Shown piece by piece: positions 48,732 to 58,308 of a stretch of 64,000 nt of DNA. Both the position numbers and the translations under genes were made by a program. This DNA comes from Candidatus Palauibacter poriticola (lineage in GTDB: Bacteria; Gemmatimonadota; Gemmatimonadetes; Palauibacterales; Palauibacteraceae), in NCBI GenBank assembly GCA_012270965.1, contig JAAXHJ010000070.1, forward strand, positions 8,083 through 72,082, given 5' to 3'. Each line of letters opens with the position of its first letter. Positions within the stretch are counted from its first letter, which is position 1. A model generated the notes under the pieces. That model saw only the letters and a list, made by a program, of their open reading frames with translations. It was not told where the DNA came from and ran no database searches.

Positions 48732-48753
48732 TTGTAGTACACGGGTAATACAA
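48732..48753. promoter_or_regulatory. Putative antitoxin operator palindrome
   Basis: TTGTAGTAC-acgg-GTAATACAA (9-bp arms, one mismatch), AT-rich, 35 bp upstream of the antitoxin ATG. Confidence 0.6.
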
Positions 48754-48952
48754 CGTGTCGGCGACCACAAACGTGACGAGGCCGGCCGATGGGCAACGAT
48801 CGTCCGGCGGGCCTTGTTTCTAAGAGGGACACCCAACTCGTACGTTGAAGCCGCCGACGCGGGCGGGGCGAGGCCCTCCGGTGCCGCTCGGTTCCGACGA
48901 CCCGGGAAGTCGTCACGGAGACCGCGTTCGGAAGGGAAGGGTCAGCGACCGC

Positions 48953-51418
48953 GTGTTCGAGTTTCTCTTCAAATACCGTCCCGTCGTGTTCGAACGCGGC
49001 GATCTCTCCCTCGCCGTCCCTTGGTGGGCCGTGATGCTCGTCTTCCTCGGGGTCGGCGCCGTCGTCTGGTTCGCGCTCGAATACCGCCGGCAGGGACCCA
49101 CGGTGGAGGCGCGGGACCGGTGGGTGCTCATGGGACTGCGGGCGGCCGCGCTGGGAGTCCTCGCCTTCCTCCTGATGCGACCCGTGCTCCTCGTCTCGAC
49201 GGTCGTCCCGCGGCGGAACTTCGTGGCGGTCCTGCTCGACGACTCGCGCAGCATGCGCGTGGCGGATGAGAACGGAGAAACGCGCGCGCAACGGATGCTC
49301 GACCTCTTCGGTGGGGAGGAGGAGGGTCCGGCGGGCGGGACGGCCGATCCGCCGGCCGATCCGCTGGTCGAGTCGCCGGCCGACCCGCTGGCCGCCGACC
49401 CCGGCGTTTCGGGTTCCGCGGCGATGGATCCCGCGACTGGGGATCCCGCCGCCGGGCAGGCGTTCGCGACGCGGAGGGGGGACGGCGCGCTCCGCAAGGC
49501 GCTCGAGGAGCGTTTCCGCCTGAGGATGTACGGGTTCGACTCCGACGCGAGCCGGATCGGCGGGGGGGGGGAGATGGCCTTCGCCGGCCCGCGCACGAAC
49601 CTCGCCGCGGGGCTCGCCCGCGTGCAGCAGGAGATGGCCGGACTCCCGCTCTCCGGGATCGTCGTCGTCTCCGACGGCGCGGACAACGATGACGAGGCGA
49701 CCCCGCCGCTCTCCGAGGCGCTGCTGTCGGCGCGCGCGGCGGGGATCCCGGTGTACACGATCGGCTTGGGCTCGGAACGGATCGCCCCGGATGTCGAGGT
49801 GCGTCGCGTGGAGGTGCCTCGCGCGGCGCTCGAGGGGACGACGATCGTGGCCGACGTCATCGTCTCGCACGCGGGATTGGCCGGCCGCACGGTGCGGCTC
49901 GACGTGGAGGACGAGGGGCGCATCGTGGGCACGCGCGAGCTCACCCTCGGGCCGGACGGCGAGGAGGCGGTGCAGCTCCAATTTACGCTGGAGGAGGCGG
50001 GGCCCCGCGCCATCCGCTTCTTCGTGGATCCGCAGGAGGGAGAGGCCCTGACCGGCAACAACGAGCGCCGGGTGTTGGTGGAGGTCGGCGACACGCGCCG
50101 CAGGATCCTCTACTTCGAGGGCTCGCCGCGCCCGGAGAACAAGTTCATCCGCCGCGCCGTGGCGGACGACGAGAACCTGGACGTCGTCACGCTCCTGAGG
50201 ACGGCCGACGAAAAATATCTCCGCCTCGACGTGGAGGGGCCGGGCGAACTCGCCGGCGGATTCCCGGACACGCGCGAGGAGCTGTACGAGTACGACGGGC
50301 TGATCCTGGGGAGCGTGGAGGCGAGCTTCTTCACGCACGACCAGTTGCAGATGATGGCGGATTTCGTGGCACGGCGCGGGGGCGGACTCCTCGTGTTGGG
50401 CGGGCGGAGGTCGCTCGGCGAGGGCGGCTATACGGGGACGCCCCTGGCCGACGCCCTGCCGGTGGTGCTCGGGGGAGCCGGCGAGCCGGATGTGCTCGAG
50501 GTGTCCGCTGAACTCACCCTGGCCGGCCGCCGACACGCGGCGATGAGGATCGCGGAGGCGGCCGAGTCTTCCACCGAGCGCTGGACGGAGCTTCCGCCCC
50601 TCACCTCCGTGAACCGGGTCTTCGAGCTGAAACCGGGCGCGGTCGACCTCCTCCGGGGCGTGCCCGCCGAGGGCGAGCCGCGCATGCTCCTCGCGCACCA
50701 GAGGTACGGACGCGGAACGTCGATCGTGTTCGCCGCCCAAGACTCGTGGCTGTGGCAGATGCACGCGGACATCCCCCTGGAGGACGAGACGCACGAGACG
50801 TTGTGGCGGCAGTTGCTCCGCTGGCTCGTGCACGATACGCCCGGGCGCGTCCGTCTCGACTCGGGCGAGGATGTGGTCCCGATGGGGGAGCCGCTGCGGA
50901 TCCGGGCCGAGGTGGAGGACGAACGATACCTGCGCGTGAACGGGGCGGACGTCGTCGCCACGGTGACGGGGCCGGGGGGCGTCGCGTCGGAAGTCCGGCT
51001 CGATTGGACGGTCGAGCGCGACGGCGAGTATGAGGGACGGTTTGTGCCGCGGGAGCGGGGGTTGTACAGCGTGCGGGTGCGCGCGGCGGGAGCCCGGACC
51101 GGAGGTCCGGGGGCCGGAGCAGAGACGAGCCGCGACATCGCCGAGGAAATGAGCTTCTTCCGGGCGGGGACGCCCCGGATCGAGGAGTTCGGCGCGGGCC
51201 GCCGCACGGAACTGCTGCGCCGGATCGCCGACGAGACGGGGGGCCGGTTCTACACGGCCGATGACGCGCCGGTGCTGGCCGACGAGATCCGCTACACGGA
51301 GAGCGGGGACACCGTGTACGAGGAGCGCTCGCTGTGGGACATGCCCATCCTCTTCCTCCTCCTGGCGGGTCTGCTGGGCGGGGAGTGGGCGTACCGGCGG
51401 CGGAAGGATCTCGCGTGA
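48953..51418 (+). CDS. Membrane-anchored vWA plus glutamine-amidotransferase-like (GATase1-like) protein
   Basis: Two N-terminal TMs; MIDAS LLDDSRSM...VSDG; Ig-like segment ending NN; YDGLILG...RGGGLLVLGG...YGRG...W; C-terminal TM then EWAYRRR. Confidence 0.82.
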   Translation: MFEFLFKYRPVVFERGDLSLAVPWWAVMLVFLGVGAVVWFALEYRRQGPTVEARDRWVLMGLRAAALGVLAFLLMRPVLLVSTVVPRRNFVAVLLDDSRSMRVADENGETRAQRMLDLFGGEEEGPAGGTADPPADPLVESPADPLAADPGVSGSAAMDPATGDPAAGQAFATRRGDGALRKALEERFRLRMYGFDSDASRIGGGGEMAFAGPRTNLAAGLARVQQEMAGLPLSGIVVVSDGADNDDEATPPLSEALLSARAAGIPVYTIGLGSERIAPDVEVRRVEVPRAALEGTTIVADVIVSHAGLAGRTVRLDVEDEGRIVGTRELTLGPDGEEAVQLQFTLEEAGPRAIRFFVDPQEGEALTGNNERRVLVEVGDTRRRILYFEGSPRPENKFIRRAVADDENLDVVTLLRTADEKYLRLDVEGPGELAGGFPDTREELYEYDGLILGSVEASFFTHDQLQMMADFVARRGGGLLVLGGRRSLGEGGYTGTPLADALPVVLGGAGEPDVLEVSAELTLAGRRHAAMRIAEAAESSTERWTELPPLTSVNRVFELKPGAVDLLRGVPAEGEPRMLLAHQRYGRGTSIVFAAQDSWLWQMHADIPLEDETHETLWRQLLRWLVHDTPGRVRLDSGEDVVPMGEPLRIRAEVEDERYLRVNGADVVATVTGPGGVASEVRLDWTVERDGEYEGRFVPRERGLYSVRVRAAGARTGGPGAGAETSRDIAEEMSFFRAGTPRIEEFGAGRRTELLRRIADETGGRFYTADDAPVLADEIRYTESGDTVYEERSLWDMPILFLLLAGLLGGEWAYRRRKDLA

Positions 51419-52524
51419 TCCGCGGCGCGCGATCCGTCGCGCTCGCCGCAGCGCCGATTCCCGGGCCACTGATTCCCGGGGCGCTGTTTCTCGTGGCACT
51501 GGTTCCCGCCGCCTTGATTCCGGCCCCCCTTTTCGGCGCCGGCGGCGTCGCGGGCCTCTCGGCCACGGCCCAGGCGGCACCCGCCTCGCCGCGCACCCAT
51601 GTGCTCATCGTCACCGGCCTAGGGGGCGCGCCGCAGTACTCCGAGCAGTTCCGGGAGGAAGCCGAGGCGCTGCTCGACGCGCTCGACAGCCGGCTCGGCG
51701 TGCGCGAGACCGTCGCGTGGCTCGCGGAGGACGAGGCGCTGTCCCCCCGCGTGGTGGGCCGGGCCACCCTGGAGGCCGTCGAGGGGGAAGTGCGCGCCAT
51801 GGCGGAGCGGGCGGGGCCCTCGGACGTGGCGCTCATCCTCCTGCTCGGCCACGGGAGCGGCGGCGGCCAGGAGTCGCGCTTTAGCTTGCCCGGCCCGGAC
51901 CTGTCGGGGGAGACGCTCTCGATGTGGCTCCGCGCGTTCCCGACGCAGACCGTGGCGGTCGTAAACGCGGCGAGCGCCAGCGGCGGGTTCGTGCCCGCGG
52001 TCGCCGGCGAGCGGCGCATCGTCGTGACGGCCACGCGGTCGGCGCGCGAACGCGAGCGCACCCACTTCGGCGGCTTCTTCGTCGATGCCTTCGCTCTCGA
52101 CGAGGCCGATGTGGACAAGGATGAACGAGTGTCGCTGCTCGAGGCGTTCCGCTACGCGACCGGCGAGGTCCGCCGCCGGTACGAGCGGGACAACGAGATG
52201 CTGACCGAACACGCCCTGCTCGACGATGATGGAGACGGCGAGGGATCGCTGGAGCCGAGTCCGGACGGACCCGACGGGACTCTCGCGAACCGGTTCTTCC
52301 TCGCCCAGGCGCCGGCCGCGCTCGCGGAGGCGGCGGCGGACGACCCGGCCGTGGCCGCGCTCCTGGCGCGGAAACGCGAGGTGGAGGACGGGATCGCCGC
52401 CCTCCGCGCTCGCCGCGCCGAGATGGAGGAGGAGGAATACGACGCGCAGCTCGAGACGCTCCTCGTCGAACTTGCCCGCCTCAACCGCGCCATCCGCGAG
52501 GGTGGGAGCGTCCGGTGCGCCTGA
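51415..52524 (+). CDS. Secreted caspase/C13-fold-like hypothetical protein
   Basis: Signal peptide; LIVTGLGG, LLLGHGS, VVNAASASGGF, VVTATRS; acidic DVDKDERVSLLEAF and EHALLDDDGDG; C-terminal coiled coil. Confidence 0.65.
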   Translation: MIRGARSVALAAAPIPGPLIPGALFLVALVPAALIPAPLFGAGGVAGLSATAQAAPASPRTHVLIVTGLGGAPQYSEQFREEAEALLDALDSRLGVRETVAWLAEDEALSPRVVGRATLEAVEGEVRAMAERAGPSDVALILLLGHGSGGGQESRFSLPGPDLSGETLSMWLRAFPTQTVAVVNAASASGGFVPAVAGERRIVVTATRSARERERTHFGGFFVDAFALDEADVDKDERVSLLEAFRYATGEVRRRYERDNEMLTEHALLDDDGDGEGSLEPSPDGPDGTLANRFFLAQAPAALAEAAADDPAVAALLARKREVEDGIAALRARRAEMEEEEYDAQLETLLVELARLNRAIREGGSVRCA

Positions 52525-55286
52525 CCGTGCGTCCGGCCGCGCGCTTGGCCCCGCGCCCGCCCGGCCGCCTAACCCCGCGCCCGCCCGTCCGGTTGACGGG
52601 GCACCCAATGCGGGTCGCGCTCCCGGCACCCGCGCCGGCGCTCGGGTCCGCGCTGGCGCTCGGGCTCGGGCTGGCGCTCGGGCTCGCGTCGCCGCCGCCG
52701 GGGCATGCGCAGGAGTCGGCGGGCGCGGGCGGGCGCTCCGGACCCCTGGCGGCCGCAATTGAATCGCACCAGACCGGCGACTACGGGCGAGCGGTCGCGG
52801 CGTACCGGTCGGCGGCCCGTGCCGGGCGCGAGTTTCCGGCCTCGGCGCGGGGGTGGGCGCGCGCGCTCGCCGCGACCGGAGAGTACGAGTCCGCGCTCGA
52901 AGCCCTCGACGGGGCCGCCGCGCGCGCCCCGGACGGAGCGGACGCCGACACCGAACTCGCCCGTGCGCGCGGGCGTCTGCTGTACGCGCTCGGACGCCTC
53001 GACGAGGCCGAGGCGAACTTCCGCCGGGCCATCGAGGGCCGTGCCGGCGATGCCCAACTTGCGCGGCTCGACTTGGGCCGCCTCCTCTTCGACCGCGGGG
53101 CGCGCGAGGAAGCCCTCGCCCTGTTCGACGGCTTCATCGATTTCTACAACCGCGGCGCCCGCCGCCTCGGCACCGGGGAACTGCGCGCCGTCGGCACCGC
53201 CCTCACCTACCTTGGAGCCCGCGACCCCGATCTCTTCCACGACGCGGTACGCGCCTTCGAGGAGGCCATCGAAGCGGACCCCGGCGACCCCGAGCCGCGC
53301 ATCGACCTCGGTCTCCTCTTTCTTGACAAGTACGACAGCTTCGAGGCGGGGCCGCTGATCGAGGAGGCGCTGGCCCGCAACCCGGCCCACGCGCGCGCCC
53401 TCTTGGCGAAGGCGCGCCGCGCGAAGTTCGAGGGCTCCTCCGAGGCGCTCGAACTCGCCGAGCGGGCGCTGGAGACGAACCCGCGTCTCACCGAAGCCCG
53501 GGCTTTCCTGGCGCGGCTATTTCTCGAACTCGAGGATGTGGACGAGGCCGAGGCGGAAGCCCGGCGCGCGTTGGAAACGAACCCCGTCTCCCTATCCGCG
53601 TGGACGGAGATCGCGGCCGCCGCCCACCTGCGGGGGGACGCGGCCGCCTTCGCCGAGGCGCGCGACCGCGTACTGCGGTTGGATCCATGGCACGCCGATC
53701 TCTACGTCGCCCTCGCCCAGGTCGCCTACCGCACGCACCGCTACGCCGATGCGGTCGAGTTCGCGCGGCAGGCCGTGGCCCTCGATCCCCTGTCCTGGTC
53801 CGGCATGTCGGAACTCGGCCTCAACCAGCTCCGCGTCGGCGACCTGGAGGTGGGGCGCGCGACGCTCGAGGCCTCCTTCGCGGGCGATCCCTTTAACGTC
53901 TGGGTGTTCAATACGCTGGACCTGCTCGAGGAACTGGCCGGGTTCGAGACGGTGGAGAGTCCGCGCTTCGTGTTCTCCATGCACCCGAGGGAGGCCGGCG
54001 CGCTCTCCATCTACGCCACGGCGCTCGCGGAGGAAGCCTTCGACGCCATGCGCGCCCGCTACGGGTTCGATCCGCCGGCGCCGATCTCGGTCGAGGTGTA
54101 CGACCGGCACGCGGACTTTTCCGTGCGCACGGTCGGACTCGCCGGCATCGGCGCGCTCGGCGTGAGCTTCGGCTCCATCCTCGCCATGGACTCCCCCGGC
54201 GCGCGCCCCGGGGGCGCGTTCAACTGGGGCTCGACGCTGTGGCACGAGATCTCGCACGCGTTCACGCTCGGTTACACCGAGCACCGCATCCCCCGCTGGC
54301 TCTCCGAGGGGCTCGCGGTCCTCGACGAACGGCACGCGCGCGAGGGGTGGGGGTCCGACGTCGACCCCGGCTTCCTCGCCGCCTTCCGGGACAAGCGGCT
54401 ACCCTCGCTCGAGCGCTTCAACTACGGCTTCGTGCGGCCCGCCTACCCCGGGCAGGTGCAGCACGCCTACTACATGGCCTCCCTCCTGTGCGAGATGATC
54501 GAGACGACGCGCGGCTTTGACGCCGTGCTCGCCATGCTCGCCGGGTATCGCGACGGACTGGAGACGCCGGAGGTCGTGGAACGGGCGCTGGGGACGACGC
54601 TCCCGGCCCTCGACCGCGAGTTGCGCGACTACATCGAGGCCCGCTTCGGCCCGACGCTGAAGGCGCTTGGCGACCCCGAAGCCGGGGCAACGCCCGGCCC
54701 CGACACCTTCGCCGGACTGCTCACGGCGGCGGCGGAGGCACGGCGGGCGGGCCGGACGGAGGAGGCGATGCGGGCGCTGGAGAGGGCGCATGAGGTCTTC
54801 CCCGAGTACGCGGGACGCGACGCGCCGATTCTCATTCTCGGCCAACTCCGGCGCGAAGCCGGCGATCTCGCGCCCGCGGCGGAGGCGTACCGGACGTACA
54901 CCGCCCTCAACGAGAACCACTTCGAAGCGCACCTCGCGCTCGCGGACCTCGAACAGGCGCTCGGCAACGATGCGGCCGCCCGCGAAGCGCTGGAGCGCGC
55001 GATCTGGATCGACCCGTTTCACCTAGATCTGCACGCGCGGCTCGCCTCCGGCTACGAGGCCGCCGAACTCTGGCCCCAGGCGGCGCGGGAGCGGCGGGCG
55101 CTGCTGGCGCTGTCGCCGGCGGATCCGGCGGAAGCCCACTACCGGCTCGCCCTCGCGCTGCACCGGGGCGGAGACGCGGGCGGCGCCCGGAGCGCGGTCC
55201 TCGATGCCCTTGAGATCGCCCCCAACTTCGAGGCCGCGCTCGATCTCCTGCTCGAGATCCGCGGCGACCCGGAGGGCCCGCGTTGA
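52515..55286 (+). CDS. Secreted TPR-repeat protein with MA-clan (gluzincin) metallopeptidase domain
   Basis: Signal peptide (GHAQ); many TPR-like repeats; LWHEISH...PRWLSEGLA. Start may be ATG 52608. Confidence 0.85.
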   Translation: MRLTVRPAARLAPRPPGRLTPRPPVRLTGHPMRVALPAPAPALGSALALGLGLALGLASPPPGHAQESAGAGGRSGPLAAAIESHQTGDYGRAVAAYRSAARAGREFPASARGWARALAATGEYESALEALDGAAARAPDGADADTELARARGRLLYALGRLDEAEANFRRAIEGRAGDAQLARLDLGRLLFDRGAREEALALFDGFIDFYNRGARRLGTGELRAVGTALTYLGARDPDLFHDAVRAFEEAIEADPGDPEPRIDLGLLFLDKYDSFEAGPLIEEALARNPAHARALLAKARRAKFEGSSEALELAERALETNPRLTEARAFLARLFLELEDVDEAEAEARRALETNPVSLSAWTEIAAAAHLRGDAAAFAEARDRVLRLDPWHADLYVALAQVAYRTHRYADAVEFARQAVALDPLSWSGMSELGLNQLRVGDLEVGRATLEASFAGDPFNVWVFNTLDLLEELAGFETVESPRFVFSMHPREAGALSIYATALAEEAFDAMRARYGFDPPAPISVEVYDRHADFSVRTVGLAGIGALGVSFGSILAMDSPGARPGGAFNWGSTLWHEISHAFTLGYTEHRIPRWLSEGLAVLDERHAREGWGSDVDPGFLAAFRDKRLPSLERFNYGFVRPAYPGQVQHAYYMASLLCEMIETTRGFDAVLAMLAGYRDGLETPEVVERALGTTLPALDRELRDYIEARFGPTLKALGDPEAGATPGPDTFAGLLTAAAEARRAGRTEEAMRALERAHEVFPEYAGRDAPILILGQLRREAGDLAPAAEAYRTYTALNENHFEAHLALADLEQALGNDAAAREALERAIWIDPFHLDLHARLASGYEAAELWPQAARERRALLALSPADPAEAHYRLALALHRGGDAGGARSAVLDALEIAPNFEAALDLLLEIRGDPEGPR

Positions 55287-56167
55287 CCACGCGGACCCGA
55301 CGCCCCGCGCCCCGATGTCTCAAGGCCCGACGCCTCCCACGGCTCAACGCCTCAACGGCCCGACGCCTCGCGCCCCGACAGCCAACGGCCCGACGTCTCG
55401 CGGCCGGCTGCCTAGCCGCGCTGATCACGCTGCTCGCGGTTGCCGACCTCGACGGCCAGCGCCGGCGGGGACGCGGAGGAGGCGGGTTCGGGAACGACCT
55501 CGCCGCCTATCAGGAGTACAACACGCCCTATACGGGCGAGTTCACCTTCGTGCGCCTCTATTACCACGGCGGGTGGGGCTGGAACCCCGGCTGGTCGCAC
55601 GACTGGCCCGTAGCCGAGCGCAACTTCGCCGAGATCATGGACGCGCTCACCACCATTGGCCCGCGCAAGGGCGGCGGCAACGTCCTCGCCATGGACGACC
55701 CCGACCTGTTCAAGTTCCCCGTCGCGTACCTCTCGGAACCCGGCGGCTGGACCATGAACCAAGTGGAGGCCGACAACCTGAGCAACTATCTGCGCAAGGG
55801 CGGGTTCCTCATCATCGACGACATGGGCGGCGAGCGGGACTTGGACAGGACGAGGCAGGGGCTTCACATCCTGCTTCCGGGACTCCGGCTCGTGCGGCTC
55901 GACGACAGCCACCCGATCTTCGACTCGTTCTTCCACTTGGAGCGGGAGAACATCGAGATGCCGCACCCGTACCGGGGCGGCGTGGCGAGCTACTGGGGAG
56001 TCTTCGAGGACAACGACCCCGAGGGCCGCCTCATGGTGATCGTGAATCACGACAACGACATTGGCGACTACATGGAGTGGTCGGACCGGGGATTCGTCCC
56101 CATCGCCCTCTCCAACGAAGCGTACAAGCTGGGCGTCAACTATGTGGTGTACGCCCTCACGCACTGA
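55283..56167 (+). CDS. DUF4159 domain protein
   Basis: FTFVRLYY, WSHDWPVAERN, FPVAYLSEPG, YLRKGGFLIIDD, HPIFDSFF, NDIGDYME, YKLGVNYVVYALTH. Confidence 0.85.
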   Translation: MTTRTRRPAPRCLKARRLPRLNASTARRLAPRQPTARRLAAGCLAALITLLAVADLDGQRRRGRGGGGFGNDLAAYQEYNTPYTGEFTFVRLYYHGGWGWNPGWSHDWPVAERNFAEIMDALTTIGPRKGGGNVLAMDDPDLFKFPVAYLSEPGGWTMNQVEADNLSNYLRKGGFLIIDDMGGERDLDRTRQGLHILLPGLRLVRLDDSHPIFDSFFHLERENIEMPHPYRGGVASYWGVFEDNDPEGRLMVIVNHDNDIGDYMEWSDRGFVPIALSNEAYKLGVNYVVYALTH

Positions 56168-56208
56168 GCCGAAGCACCAACCCATCACCGAACCCGGAAG
56201 GAGCCGGC

Positions 56209-57363
56209 ATGGAAGCCGACCCCCGCTGGATCGACGCGCCGGACCGGACACCGGAGCAGGAGCCGGGCCGGACGCAGGAGCCGGGCCGGACGCAGGAGCC
56301 GGAGCCGGGCCGGATGCCCAAGCAGGAGCCGGACCCGGTCCCGCACGCCGCGCCCGCAGCGGCCCCGGACGACGCCGAACTCGCCGATCGCCTGCGTGAG
56401 AGCGCCGAAGCCGTCCGCGCGGAACTCAAGAAGGTCATCATCGGTCAGGACGATGTTGTCGAGCAGGTCCTGATCTCGCTCTTCGCCGGCGGCAACAGCC
56501 TCATCGTCGGCGTTCCCGGACTCGCGAAGACGCTCCTCATCCAGACGCTCTCCGACGTCCTGCACCTGAGCTTCAACCGGATCCAGTTCACGCCGGACCT
56601 CATGCCGTCGGACATCACGGGGACGGACATCATCCAGGAGGATCCGGAGACGGGACAGCGCCGACTCGTCTTCATGCAGGGGCCGCTGTTCGCGCACGTC
56701 GTGCTGGCCGACGAAATCAACCGCACACCGCCCAAGACCCAAGCCGCGCTCCTCGAGGCGATGGAGGAGAAGCAGGTGACGATCCAGGGGCGGACCTACG
56801 GCCTCCCCGAACCCTTCTTCGTCCTCGCCACGCAGAACCCGATCGAGCTGGAGGGGACGTATCCGCTGCCGGAGGCGCAGCTCGACCGCTTCATGTTTCA
56901 GGTCAACATCGGCTACCTGCCGGAGGACGAGGAACTGGAGGTCATCCTCCAGACGACGACGGTCGAGGGCGAGCCTCCGCGGGCGGTGCTGTCGGCGGAG
57001 GCGATCGCGGGCTTCCAGCACCTGGTGCGGAAGGTGCCGATCTCCGAGCCGGTCGCGCGCTACGCCGTCCGGCTGGCCCGGCGGACCCGCCCCGGACGCG
57101 ACGACGCCCCCGACTACGTGAAGCAGTACGTGGCCTACGGGGGGAGCGTGCGCGCCGCGCAGTACCTCGTGCTCGGCGGCAAGGCGCGCGCTCTGCTGCG
57201 GGGCGAGATCAACGTGTCGTTCGATGACGTGCGCGCGCTCTGCGCCCCCGTCTTCCGCCACCGCGTGCTGACGAACTTTCACGCGGAGTCCGAGCGCGTC
57301 TCGACGGACGATCTCGTCGAACGGCTGCTCGACGACGTGCAACCCCCGAAGTCGGGGATGTAG
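56209..57363 (+). CDS. moxR: MoxR family AAA+ ATPase
   Basis: GVPGLAKT, RIQFTPDLMPSDITG, LADEINRTPPKTQAALLEAM, ATQNPIELEGTYPLPEAQLDRF; GGAG RBS before ATG 56209. Confidence 0.95.
   Translation: MEADPRWIDAPDRTPEQEPGRTQEPGRTQEPEPGRMPKQEPDPVPHAAPAAAPDDAELADRLRESAEAVRAELKKVIIGQDDVVEQVLISLFAGGNSLIVGVPGLAKTLLIQTLSDVLHLSFNRIQFTPDLMPSDITGTDIIQEDPETGQRRLVFMQGPLFAHVVLADEINRTPPKTQAALLEAMEEKQVTIQGRTYGLPEPFFVLATQNPIELEGTYPLPEAQLDRFMFQVNIGYLPEDEELEVILQTTTVEGEPPRAVLSAEAIAGFQHLVRKVPISEPVARYAVRLARRTRPGRDDAPDYVKQYVAYGGSVRAAQYLVLGGKARALLRGEINVSFDDVRALCAPVFRHRVLTNFHAESERVSTDDLVERLLDDVQPPKSGM
56257..56330 (+). repeat. 18-bp tandem repeat (QEPGRT) in the MoxR N-terminal extension
   Basis: caggagccgggccggacg x2 exact, followed by two degenerate copies. 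Confidence 0.8.
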
Positions 57364-57381
57364 GGGGGGGCGGGCCGGACG

Positions 57382-58308
57382 ATGCGGGCGCGAATCGCCT
57401 CGAGGACGGTGCCGGGGACGCAGTTCCTCGATCCGGCGGTGCTCACCCGGATCGGGAACTTGGAACTCGTGGCGCGTTCGGTCGTCGAGGGCTTCATCGC
57501 GGGGGCGCACGGATCGCCCTTCGTCGGGCTGTCGCTCGATTTCGCGGCGCACCGCCAGTACCTGCCGGGCGACGACATCCGCAAGATCGACTGGAAGGTG
57601 TACGGACGCACCGACCGCCATTACATCAAGGAATACGAGGCCGAGACGAACGCGAACGTCTTCTTCGCAGTGGACGCTTCCCGTTCCATGGATTACGGCT
57701 CGCGCGGGATCACGAAGCTCGACTATGCCCGCTACCTGACGGCCTGTCTCGCCTATCTCTCCGCGAGCCAGCGCGACCGCGTGGGCGCGGCGATCTTCGC
57801 TGAGAAATTGCTCGAGTACATCCCCCCCTCGGTTCGGCACCGGCGCCTCATTCTGGCGGCGCTCGACCGCGTCCGCGCCGGGGCGGCGGGGGATCTGGCG
57901 CGGCCCCTCGCGCAGGTGGCCGAGAGCCTGACCCGGAAGGGGATCGTCGTTCTCGTCTCCGACTTGTACACCGAACCGAAGACGGTCCTCGACGCGGTGG
58001 GGGCGCTCCGCGGCAAGGGGCAGGACGTGATCGTGTTCCAGGTCTTCGACCCCGCCGAGATCGACTTCCCGTTCGAGGCGGCGCGGTCGTTCGAGGATCT
58101 GGAGACGGGGGAGCGGCTTCCGGTGACCCCCGACGTGATGCGCGAGGAGTACCTCTCCCTCGTGGAGGGGCACGTGGGCGAGATCTCGAAGCGGATGATC
58201 GAGCGCGCGATCGACCACGAACTCATCGTCACCTCGACGCCGCTCGACGCCGTGCTCTTCCGCTACCTGTCGCACCGGTCGCGGCGCCTGAAGGGTAAGG
58301 ACCGATGA
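57382..58308 (+). CDS. DUF58 domain protein
   Basis: GAHGSPFVGLSLDFAAHRQYLPGDDIRKIDWKVYGRTDRHYIKEYE; DASRSM; VSDL. Confidence 0.93.
   Translation: MRARIASRTVPGTQFLDPAVLTRIGNLELVARSVVEGFIAGAHGSPFVGLSLDFAAHRQYLPGDDIRKIDWKVYGRTDRHYIKEYEAETNANVFFAVDASRSMDYGSRGITKLDYARYLTACLAYLSASQRDRVGAAIFAEKLLEYIPPSVRHRRLILAALDRVRAGAAGDLARPLAQVAESLTRKGIVVLVSDLYTEPKTVLDAVGALRGKGQDVIVFQVFDPAEIDFPFEAARSFEDLETGERLPVTPDVMREEYLSLVEGHVGEISKRMIERAIDHELIVTSTPLDAVLFRYLSHRSRRLKGKDR

Noticed and set aside
36770-48760. Integron cassette array or prophage explaining the many small accessory genes
   Set aside because: No repeated attC-like sites, integrase or phage structural genes recognised; gene orientations are mixed.
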